A program made the translations under genes and the position numbers. Positions 18,606-28,267 of a stretch of DNA of 64,000 nt are shown here, one piece after another. The stretch is from the IMG/VR virus record IMGVR_UViG_3300010938_000950, positions 145,767 through 209,766 of that record; one strand, given 5' to 3'. Within the stretch, counting starts at the first letter, position 1. Each line of letters opens with the position of its first letter. Below the pieces are notes generated by a model. That model saw only the letters and a list, made by a program, of their open reading frames with translations, was not told the DNA's origin and ran no database searches.

Positions 18606-18624
18606 CTAATTCTCAAAGCGTCCA

Positions 18625-20207
18625 ATGTGCATCCAAGACAAAGAACCACGAGAAGAATTGAAGCGACTGCCAGAGATGCTCAAGGAGCACGGCTGGTCGG
18701 CATCTCCCATTCACTGCAACTACTCGGCAACAAGCCCCGGTGATTGGTTGCAAGGTTCTTCGGGGCCAACCGAAACTCATCAAGGCATCACCCTTTTCAC
18801 TGGTACAGCCTTTCAGGTTATCGCCAGAGAAGAAGACCTGAAAGTCAGGGTGGGGTGGCCCGGACAGATGACAACAACCTATACCTGTTTCACCGCAGAA
18901 CAGGTAGTCTGGTGGCTCAGTAAGCTGCTGCCACTGGCTGACAAAGAAATTGCGGAACGGAGGAAGAGCAATGACTTCTGATGAGAAGGAGCTGGCAATT
19001 CAGACCATCATTGGATTCATCCTGGATCCAATGCAAAAGGACAGAGTGCCCGTTTCCGACAGGCAGAAAGCCAATCTGCAAGACAGCATCAGTCGGGACC
19101 TGGACATCAACGGCTGGACTTTGCAGCAATGCAAAGATTCCGAAACCATGCCGGCTGGTGAGTTGATTCTCAACTTCCCCGAGACAACTCATACGATGTT
19201 CAGCATCTACCGCGCTTCCAAGATGTCGTGAAGACTTACCTATCATCCTCATTGGTCGATCGGTTCCAGGTGGAACCTCCGGGTAGTTGAGGGATGGGCT
19301 AGGCAGGCGGCCACGGCCTAGAGGCAAGTGATCATAGCCTAACGAATGAGGGTGTCAAGGAGTGAGATAACGTCAATCTCCAGTGCTCAGTGGCGAGACG
19401 CACCCGCCGATTTACGGGAACCTAGAGTCGTGGGACGTATGGGCAATAGCCCGGAGGTTGGCCACCCGTGGTTCGAGTCCACAAGGTTCTCCCATTCACA
19501 GGATGCCCATTGCAGGGCATGCGGAACGCCGATGCGAAAACTCGCAGTCATCGCCCCAAGGTATCCAACACTACTAGAAAGAATTCTGATGGGGATCACC
19601 TGCATCGGATTCTGTCAAGGCAACACGCCCGAGAACGTTCATAACTGTCATAGGTTTTGTATCGCTAACAAGCAATCATTACCTAGCAGAGATGAAACCA
19701 AGCAACTCGCTCCTTGAATTGGAAGCGTTGGCTCTCAAACTTTACATCGAAGCAGCGGCTGACAATGATTGGTTTTCAATGCTCATCTGTTGGGCCGTTG
19801 TCCTGCGATTGGAAAAACATGCCGGAACAGAAGTTGACGGCTGAGGAAGCCATCACCTATTACTTCATCAAGGCTTGGATTGCTTGGGACGAAGCGTTCG
19901 ACATCCAAGAGTGGATGGAACAGGGATTCAAGTTCAACGAAGCAGACACCAATCTGTATCAAGCGGTTGGGTTGGCTGGGCAGAGATGGCCCTGGGGCTA
20001 CAAGCTGCCGAGGAAACGATGAGAGCCAAGAACGTTTCGGTTTCATTCTACCAGCAAGGCGGAGAGCTTCGTCTCTGGGGAGTGAGTTTCACCCTGAAAG
20101 GATCCTTGCCGACCAAAGACGGCAAGATGGATTCAGCGGCCTACAACAAGAAGTGTCGCGAGATCGAGAAGCTCATTGCTTCCATCGAATTCCCTGACTC
20201 GGAGTAA
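18625..20207 (+). other. Hypothetical ORFs 18625..18981, 18971..19231, ~19818..20022 and 20019..20207
   Basis: + strand ORFs with overlapping stop/start junctions. Confidence 0.55.
19417..19494 (+). ncRNA. Anticodon-less tRNA-like element whose CCA end is supplied by the 11-mer repeat
   Basis: Acceptor GGAACCT/AGGTTCT-C-CCA, T arm GTGG-TTCGAGT-CCAC, GGGC-AATA-GCCC (4-nt loop), long variable arm. Confidence 0.55.
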
Positions 20208-20210
20208 GTC

Positions 20211-20573
20211 ATGAAGCTCATTCTCAATGCCGCTCAGTGCCGTTCGTGTGAGACAATCATCGTCTCCACTCACCGCCATGACTTCCGCACGTGCAAGTGT
20301 GGGAAAGTTAGTGTGGATGGTGGCTTGGAGTACACCAGACGAGTTGGGCAGCTCGACTTGATTGTGGAGCGTTGTGCCTATGTCTGGGATAGGTATTCCC
20401 AGCCCACCGATGCCGCCGGCAAATTCATTGTTTGGAGTCCTGGCGGCAAAACCAATCCCGGAGTCGTCTTTGATTGCAAGGATGATGCCGAGCAGTCAGC
20501 CAAGGAATTGGCTGTCAAGGTTCCGGTCAGTGATTGGTACGTGGCTCAGCTCTCCCACGTCTCGACCCAATGA
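20211..20573 (+). CDS. Conserved phage zinc-ribbon protein
   Basis: NAAQCRSCETIIVSTHRHDFRTCKCGKVSVDGG. Confidence 0.8.
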   Translation: MKLILNAAQCRSCETIIVSTHRHDFRTCKCGKVSVDGGLEYTRRVGQLDLIVERCAYVWDRYSQPTDAAGKFIVWSPGGKTNPGVVFDCKDDAEQSAKELAVKVPVSDWYVAQLSHVSTQ

Positions 20574-20843
20574 GCTACGTCAGACAGTGCCAGCGACATA
20601 CCGAGCATGATGATGATTGCTTTGCTTGTCGCAGCTTCGACCAAGCTATCAAGCAAAGTCTCGTCAACTACACCATTCCTCCACAACAACATCTATCGGT
20701 AATCGCTCCGAAGATTCGTGAATGGATGCGAACGGTGTTCACGGGACGCTAATGGACCCGTATCGTCAACCGAGTCCTCCACTAGTAAAACTACCACGAC
20801 CACCCATCCCTCCACCTGACCCCACACCAATTCCTGAGGTATC

Positions 20844-21542
20844 ATGATTCGTTGGATTCTGAGGGAAGTTTGGGAGAAGGTCAACGTCGTTGCCACCTGG
20901 CGACACATCAAAGAGCTTGGTAAGAAGTACGGCAAGCGTTTCTTCTGGGCTGCGCTCATCTGGGAGATCATCGAAGATGTGGTCTTCCCATTCATCTCAT
21001 GGAAGATGGGTGTACCGGAACTGATTCCGGTTTTTCTGGTGCTACATTTCGAGCCCATTGTCTATCCCGCTTTCTTCTGGGGGTTCAAAACATGGGATCG
21101 CATCCAAGGCAAGGAACCTTGGGAGCCCAATCGAAGCGCTCACTCATCACACTGGCGCTCTGTCCTAAAGGGGCTGACGCTACACCTGTCCGTTTCTGGT
21201 TGGTTGGCGCAAGTTATTCCTTGGAAGCCGCTGGTTGTGCTCATGGTCCTAATGAGTTTCTTTGGATTCATTCATGAGCGCATATGGCATGATACCAACT
21301 ACGGTATCGCTGGATGCGATCAAGTGGAATTCAAACGGGTTCTTGCAAAGACTGGAACCTATATTCTCATCTCCACCATGACACTATATCCCCTTCTGAA
21401 AGTTGCCGGCTCTGCTACTCTTTGGCAGTCGCTCTTGGTAGCTCAGGGGATTACAGGAACGCTGTATCTCATCCTCGAAAGTGTGTGGGCCAAGTCCAAG
21501 TGGGGCGTTCGGTCCTCCCATTCACAACTCGAACCGCAATGA
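20844..21542 (+). CDS. Membrane protein with two DUF2061-like repeats
   Basis: RSVLKGLT...FIHERIWHDTNYG and RVLAKTGTY...LILESVWAKSKWG. Confidence 0.55.
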   Translation: MIRWILREVWEKVNVVATWRHIKELGKKYGKRFFWAALIWEIIEDVVFPFISWKMGVPELIPVFLVLHFEPIVYPAFFWGFKTWDRIQGKEPWEPNRSAHSSHWRSVLKGLTLHLSVSGWLAQVIPWKPLVVLMVLMSFFGFIHERIWHDTNYGIAGCDQVEFKRVLAKTGTYILISTMTLYPLLKVAGSATLWQSLLVAQGITGTLYLILESVWAKSKWGVRSSHSQLEPQ

Positions 21543-22437
21543 ACGTCAGCATCAAAACCAAGACATCCAAAGGTACAGTTCAAACCCGATGGTCAAACGA
21601 CCAATTCAACGGAGTTGGTTGGGAAACTGTTTGGACGGTGCCTGATCCCTACCTTCCTATCGAAAAGATTGAGAAGGTTATGAAGGGCGCAATGTCTTGG
21701 GAAGAGGCCGGACGTAATCACCTGGCCATGTGTCAGAACATCAAGGTCAAAACATGAGCGGCTCAAGCAACAAGCGCTGCAAAGCAATCTCGCACCCCAA
21801 TATCCAGCCTGGTTGGGGTTGCTGCCACTGTCGTACATACAATGGTGAGCAGCGTGATGAGTGCAAGAATTGCAAGCACAAGCGTTGCGACAAAGAACCT
21901 GCCAACCAAGTGAGCTAAGACCATGAGTGCTGGAGGCGTCAAGTCCAAGGTTCGTCATAACGATCGAACCATGGCAAACACTCTGCCTTCCACGGAAAGT
22001 GAAAGGCATTGGGATAATTGCCGAGGCATTCATGGTGCCGCTCGTAGAAGGGCTGGCATCAAACACGGAACTGTCTGCGCCAGAAGGCGTCATGACAAAG
22101 AAGTGATTCAACAAGAACTGGAAGAAAGCTCCAAGTAATGGGGCCGTATCGCATTCCTGGGCATTCGGATCGTAGGTATCGCCGACTGTTCAGACGACAA
22201 GAACGAATCAACAAGCGAATCCTTGCTAGGGCCGAGGCCCGTTTCGAGAGGGAAAACTTGTTGAGAAACATCACGATGGGTGCAGCATATTGTATGCTGT
22301 TCTACATCAGCATCCTTTGGGCCATCATGTTCGTCCGAATGATGTAAAGGAATGCCCTTCTTTATTCAAGAGGACCCGCTCACTGACGTGTCTGAATAGG
22401 AAGGGCCTGTGTCTCTCGCCAATGAGGGAGGAATACA

Positions 22438-23001
22438 ATGGCGAATTACACGGGGCAACAGAAGTTCCTTCTCCGTGATGCCGAAAGATACAGCGAGCTT
22501 GGTTATCGAGTTGGCTTAGCCAAAGGCAAAACGCTCATTCGTGAGTATGTGCCTGAGGACTTTTCTCCTTGGGGAGACCAAGTTTTCTTTGACTTCGATG
22601 GAGTGTCACTGATTCCAGATGGAATTGTCTGTGTAGACATCGACATTCCAGACTTTGGAGTTGTCTATGAGGAACTCCCTCCCACGTTCAAAGAGCGCAC
22701 TCCAAGAGGGTGGCATCTTTGGTATCTTCTACCAAAGTCAATTCACGTTGACAATTCCATTCTCTTTCCAATCTGGAATCCTCAGATCAAATGGCGTCCA
22801 CATGTGGACCTGTTGACCAAGGGTATTCCTAAAAAGGTCAAGTCACGATACAAGAGCACGACTGGTGGTCCTGACCATTGGGGCGAGCATGTATTGTGTA
22901 GTGGAACAACGGGCTATAAAAGAATCTGGCCCGATGAAACACCACATCGAGACAAGCTAACCCTTGCGCCGCAATGGCTGCAAGATGCCCTGCAAAAGTG
23001 A
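22438..23001 (+). CDS. Stand-alone bifunctional primase/polymerase (Prim-Pol) N-terminal domain
   Basis: GIVCVDIDIP...LPPTFKERTPRGWHLWY motifs. Confidence 0.65.
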   Translation: MANYTGQQKFLLRDAERYSELGYRVGLAKGKTLIREYVPEDFSPWGDQVFFDFDGVSLIPDGIVCVDIDIPDFGVVYEELPPTFKERTPRGWHLWYLLPKSIHVDNSILFPIWNPQIKWRPHVDLLTKGIPKKVKSRYKSTTGGPDHWGEHVLCSGTTGYKRIWPDETPHRDKLTLAPQWLQDALQK

Positions 23002-23008
23002 AGGCGTC

Positions 23009-24511
23009 ATGAAAGAGTTGTTCTACTTGTCTCTCGGTCTTTGGTTGCTGGTGGCTGGTTGTCTCAAGCCTTTGCCACCAGAATCAATCCCGGTGACAGT
23101 GATCGAGATCAAACCTCCTTCTCCCAATCTCATCAGAGAACAAGCAGTGGAAGATGAGGACGCTTCTCCTCCACTCAAAACTTGGTTGTCCAAGGAAGAG
23201 GTTGATGCTCGGCGTCTTCAAGAGGCAATCGAAAAGGCAGCTTCGGAAGATCCGTGCCAGAAAGGCGACCCTCTCTGTGAGCACATCCAACCCTCTCCCT
23301 AAGCTAACTCATGTAGCTATCAGGCAGGGTGGAGTTGTATACTCCTTGCCTGCGCCACACCGACATCACCACATTCTCTGGATTCTTTCCAAGAGAAGGG
23401 GGAATGAAGGAGCGCCGGAAGTCAAAGACGAGCATCTGCTTGTCGAGACTCCGAATGCCGGCATGGATAGTCAAGGGTTCTTGGATGCTGACGGTCACTA
23501 CCTGACTCGTCCCGAAGCCCTAATCAGGGCGCAAGCCACCAAACAGATCAAGAACGGCAAGATCATTGGTGGCACCCTAACATCCGAAGACCTCTGGTAA
23601 GTATCATGTGTAGCGCTCATACCTGCAATGAATGTGGACAGCCTGCCCAATACTGGGATAAGGGCTGGGACGATGAAGAGTGGGGTATGGGTGATCCTGA
23701 TACTTATTGGTGTGAGGAACACAAGCACTTCAAACCGGGCGCCGAACCGCTCCCATTCACCGCACAACCGGAGCCGAAGCCATGAGCGAAACTATCGAAT
23801 TGACGTACGAGAACGATGAGGGTGATGAGATCACTCTGGAGCTTCCATCCAAGATGGAAGTTTGCTATGACTGTGAGGGTCATGGCATGGTTCTCAACGA
23901 AGCCATGAGGTATCATGCCTATACCTCAGAGGACGAGGAGTTTCACGACCCGGAATTCCGGGAGGAATACTTCAAGCGGGGAGGCATCTACGATGTAGTG
24001 TGCCCTACCTGCAAGGGAAAGAACGTTCTTCCCGTGGTCAACGAAGAAGCTCTCAACGAGAAGCAGAAGGCGGACTACGCACTCTATCAGGAGTGGAAAG
24101 AAGATCAGGACCGAGCGGATGCAGAGTACGAATCTCTGTGCCGCATGGAACGGATGATGGGCTGCTGAGATGGACAAGAGCGCCATTCTCACGCTAGTCC
24201 AGCGTATACCTGGTACTCAAGAGATTGATGTCCAGGGTTCACTTCACTTGATCGCCAAGGAATTGATTGCAGCCAAAGACGAAGAGCACCGTATTCGTAC
24301 GAGTAGGCGCTATCGTACTGCCATCAAAGCAATCCTTCAAGGTGGAGTTTACATGCCTCGTGGTGAGCTGGTAATGGCAGCCATCAAGCGCATGAAAGTG
24401 AAGCCACAAGAACGAGACAAGGTCATCGCTGAGCTTTGGGAGCACATTCAGTACAACCGTAAAAACGGCTATCTGACTTGGCAGTCTAAGCTTGGGGTTG
24501 CACTGAAGTAA
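23009..24511 (+). other. Hypothetical ORFs 23009..23302 (lipoprotein-like), ~23300..23600, 23782..24168 (CxxCxG zinc finger) and 24170..24511
   Basis: Packed + strand ORFs. Confidence 0.65.
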
Positions 24512-24536
24512 TAACTTCCATTCACCGCATAGAAAC

Positions 24537-24749
24537 ATGAACGAGCACCTTCACCAGAACGGCCTGGTGGGCGGGCTGATTCCCGCTAATCAACCGTGCC
24601 CCTTCTTGAACCGTTGCAAGTTCAAGGTTCACACCTGCCCCGGTGTGGATGGCAAAACCAAGAGCAACAACTTCTCCTGTCCTGCTGCAAAAGTTTTCAA
24701 CTTGCCTGAGGACAATCTGCTGCGCAAGATTGTTGAGAAGAAGCTATGA
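24537..24749 (+). CDS. Cys4 protein, paralogue of 7758..7991
   Basis: NGLVGGLIPANQPCP..C..CP..FSC; preceded by the variant CTTCCATTCAC at 24515. Confidence 0.7.
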   Translation: MNEHLHQNGLVGGLIPANQPCPFLNRCKFKVHTCPGVDGKTKSNNFSCPAAKVFNLPEDNLLRKIVEKKL

Positions 24750-24882
24750 GAAAACGTCTCCTGAAATGGCTGTTCCCGGATGTCTTCGTTTTCATTCAAG
24801 AAATCTACTTGATGCCCAAGGACCCGTCCTACTTCATCAAGCTTCCGGACATGCCACCACACATCAAGGAACTGTTCGAGCC

Positions 24883-25041
24883 ATGAAAGACTTCGATTCT
24901 CACTTCAACAAGATTCAGAAGCAGAGCGCCACGGTTTTCCGCGTTGCTTTTGTGGCCTGGATCGTTGGTGCCCTGATCAGTCTCGCCCTTCTCGGTGGTC
25001 TGGTATACGTGGCAATTCACTTTCTTGCCAAGGTTTGGTGA
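24883..25041 (+). CDS. Small membrane peptide sharing its C-terminus with the pilin-like peptide
   Basis: VAIHFLAKVW versus VAVHFIAKFW. Confidence 0.65.
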   Translation: MKDFDSHFNKIQKQSATVFRVAFVAWIVGALISLALLGGLVYVAIHFLAKVW

Positions 25042-25501
25042 GATAATGGGCCGCCCAGTGGCGGTAATGGGTTTGGATGGAGACAACGATAAGCACATTA
25101 TGGTTGTTGTCTGTCTGAATCCTCCCGAAGCCTACGTCAACAAAGACAACAAACACATCGGCCACATCATAGCGGCTAAGGTGGTTCCAGTCAAAGATGC
25201 GGCCATCCTTTCGGAACGAGAGCACACGGCAGTTATCAGAGCGCACTTCGCTTTGAAGAATGCCTTGGAGAATGCTCATGCTGACACATCTTCTGATCCA
25301 TACCGCTAACTTGATCTACCTCGCATCTTATGCTGTCAAAAGCATCAAGGTGCTTCGATGGTTGACCATTGTTGGCATCGTGCTTCTTATACCTTACTAT
25401 CTGTCCTACCAACTTTGGGCAGCGGCCATCTGGAATGGCATCTTCTTGGTCATCAACTTATACCGACTCAAGCCCGCCAACAACTCATCACCAAAACCCA
25501 C

Positions 25502-26368
25502 GTGAGAAAAGCTGTACCGTTTCTCTTGTTCCTTCTGTCATGTACACTGAAGGATTCCCCATCAACTTCTCAGGGACCCGAAGTCCCATCTAGTCAGACC
25601 GTACGTCTTTCAGTAAAGGACGTACGGTCGGTAGAAAAACCCTCTGCCTGTCCTGCCGACATGGTAGAGATCGATGGGGATTATTGCCCCAACGAAGAGA
25701 TTGTCTGTCTCTACAACACAGACAATGATGGCAATAGATTGCCAGGTCCCGGCGACATCAATAAAGCATGTGGTGAGTACAAGAATCCCACACGCTGCTT
25801 GTCAGAGAAAGTGCATATGCACTTTTGCATCGACAGGTACGAATGGCCAAACAAGCCCGGCCAGATTCCCCAAGATTGGATGAGCTTTTTTGACGCAGAA
25901 AAGGCAGTCAAAGAGGCAGGCAAACGCATCTGCACTCACAAGGAGTGGACATTGGCGGCCGAAGGCCCCAACATGCATCCCTTGCCCTATGGTGATGGAT
26001 ATCATCGGGACAAGACGGCATGTAATTTCGATAACAAGAATCCGGGAATCGACGTTTTCAAGTCGAAGCACCCGAATGATGAAGCATCCAAGGCGCTTCG
26101 GGCATTGCTGGTCCCCTCTGGGTCGCGACCCAATTGCGTGAGTGACTTTGGTGTTCATGACATGAGCGGCAACATTGACGAATGGGTCGTCAATGAGAGT
26201 AGCCAAGATATGTGTATCAACAAAACCAGCGGTAATTGCCGAACTGGCTTGATGGGTGGACATATCTGGCACGTTCGCAATGCCAGCCGTCCCATGACAA
26301 CTGCCCATGGTGCAGGTTTTTCATGGTATGAAACTGGTGCCCGAGCCTGTAAGGACATTCAACCATGA
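25502..26368 (+). CDS. SUMF1/EgtB/PvdO (FGE-sulfatase domain) lipoprotein
   Basis: CPADMVEIDG, FCIDRYEWPN, AGKRICTHKEWTLAAEG, CVSDFGVHDMSGNIDEWV; GTG start with lipobox-like LLSC. Confidence 0.85.
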   Translation: MRKAVPFLLFLLSCTLKDSPSTSQGPEVPSSQTVRLSVKDVRSVEKPSACPADMVEIDGDYCPNEEIVCLYNTDNDGNRLPGPGDINKACGEYKNPTRCLSEKVHMHFCIDRYEWPNKPGQIPQDWMSFFDAEKAVKEAGKRICTHKEWTLAAEGPNMHPLPYGDGYHRDKTACNFDNKNPGIDVFKSKHPNDEASKALRALLVPSGSRPNCVSDFGVHDMSGNIDEWVVNESSQDMCINKTSGNCRTGLMGGHIWHVRNASRPMTTAHGAGFSWYETGARACKDIQP

Positions 26369-27226
26369 AGATCAATCACCTGTTCCCCGCCCTTCTCCTT
26401 CTTGCTGGTTGCGCTGGTTGGCAGCGTGACTGCAACTCCAGTGTTGCCTCCTCGTTTGGTGGTGACTGGATCGTTCTCCAGTATGGCATGGATGGAACAC
26501 CCATCAACTGCTGGAAGCTGAAGGATACTGCCATCAGTAACGAAGCTCACACCGATGGGATCTTCTGGCAGGATCCTGGTGGACACCTGGTTCACATCTC
26601 CGGATGGTACAACCGAGTCCAAGTCAACAACGGGGACTATGCTGGTGCGGCCAAGTCCATCGGAATCGAGCTGGATCGTTGTGTTGGCGGAAAGTATATG
26701 GCTCCGGTCAAGACTGGTTTCTATGACTGGAGACTGAATACTACGCCTTGGGCGTACGCTCAAAACTGAGATGTCCAAGAAGAAACACAAGAAGAAACAT
26801 AAAAAGCATCGTGAATACATTCTCATTGAGGGACACGTTCTCAATGAGAAGTCTGGAAAGCTAGAACCATACACTAAGAAGGTGTATACCGACAAGCGTT
26901 GGTAGGCGGCTCCCATTCACGACGCATCGAAAGCGAAAGCCATGAGCGAACAACGAAAACAACTTCTGCGTCTTCTACGAAAAGAGCGTGAGGAGTTGCA
27001 GTCCAGGGTGAGTGAGCTGTCAGAAGAGATTGCTCAACTGGATCTGGCAGAACGTCGTGAGGAGCATCCCTGTATCTGCGTCAAGCTGAATCAGGACATC
27101 GAGATTTACGACATGCAAGAGCAAGAGCGCCGAGGGCGAGTGCCTCTTAGTGCCGGTGGTTTCGTAGCTCATACGCTGACGGCTCTGAAGAACTGTCCAA
27201 CGTGCAAGGGAACCGGCAAGCCATGA
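26365..27226 (+). other. Lipoprotein 26365..26769 (LLLAGC) and coiled-coil/zinc-finger ORF 26942..27226
   Basis: Lipobox; CPTCKGTG motif. Confidence 0.65.
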
Positions 27227-27783
27227 ACCTCTGGTTCATCAGCGATACCCACTTCGGACACGCCAACATCATCAAGTATTCCAACCGCCCTTTCAAGGAC
27301 GTGGATGAGATGAACGAGATGATGATTCAGGAGTGGAACAAACTAGTCAAACCAGAGGATGAGGTCTACCATAACGGAGACTTTGCCTTCATGACGTATG
27401 ACAAGTTTCGTCAGCTTACCTGGAGGCTCAATGGTCGAATTTATCTGCAACTCGGCAATCACGACAAGACGATCATCCAGCATCGGAATCACCTTCTGAG
27501 GCAAGGAAAAATTGTCAGCATCGAGAACTATCGAGAGTTGAAGGTTGCTGGTCAGATGATCGTTTTGTTCCATTACGGACAGCGTGTGTGGAACAAGTCA
27601 CATCACGGAAGCATTCACCTCTACGGTCACTCCCATGGCTCCTTGCCGCCGCATGGCAAGTCAGTTGACATTGGAGTGGACTGCAAAGAGATCACCCACG
27701 AGTACCGACCCATTCACTTGGATGAGGTACTCACTTACATGAGCAAGCGAGAGCAAGCCGTGGTGGATCATCACGGCATGTAA
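27223..27783 (+). CDS. Calcineurin-like metallophosphoesterase
   Basis: SDTHFGH, GDFA, GNHD, FHY and GHSH motifs. Confidence 0.92.
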   Translation: MNLWFISDTHFGHANIIKYSNRPFKDVDEMNEMMIQEWNKLVKPEDEVYHNGDFAFMTYDKFRQLTWRLNGRIYLQLGNHDKTIIQHRNHLLRQGKIVSIENYRELKVAGQMIVLFHYGQRVWNKSHHGSIHLYGHSHGSLPPHGKSVDIGVDCKEITHEYRPIHLDEVLTYMSKREQAVVDHHGM

Positions 27784-27790
27784 GCGAAAA

Positions 27791-28267
27791 ATGATTCGGG
27801 TTCCTCGTCAATTCAATGGTCCTTTCATCACTCGCCACTTCTTCCCGGAGTATGCCCGCCACAGGAATCTCCAAGGAATCAACCAGGGTCGTTGCTACGA
27901 TTGGGCATACTTTGCCTATCGTATGTTTCCCAACGTGACTCTCTGGACCACAGACTACCATGCCTGGGTCCAGGTCTTCGACCGCAATCTCGGATATCGT
28001 TTTTTCGATTCCGAAACTCCCAAGGGAGTGAAGAGTTTCATGGAGCTGGGTTGCAATCGGCGCCATGCTCCGGTTCCCTGGGATGAGCAGTTCCCGACTC
28101 GAATGAATGTCTGCGACTTCAAGAAGTTCTGGGACAAGCATGGCGGCGGCTACAAGCGTCATTGGGATTCTCTTCTGGAGAACGATCTCAAGAAGGTGCT
28201 TGGCAAGCACTACAAAGAAGAAGGCCCCATCTTCTTCAAACCTCAACCCGCACTGGTCATCCCATGA
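27791..28267 (+). CDS. Putative papain/transglutaminase-like Cys enzyme, paralogue of 41615..42028
   Basis: INQGRCYDWAY...HAWV...FFDSETPKG. Confidence 0.55.
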   Translation: MIRVPRQFNGPFITRHFFPEYARHRNLQGINQGRCYDWAYFAYRMFPNVTLWTTDYHAWVQVFDRNLGYRFFDSETPKGVKSFMELGCNRRHAPVPWDEQFPTRMNVCDFKKFWDKHGGGYKRHWDSLLENDLKKVLGKHYKEEGPIFFKPQPALVIP

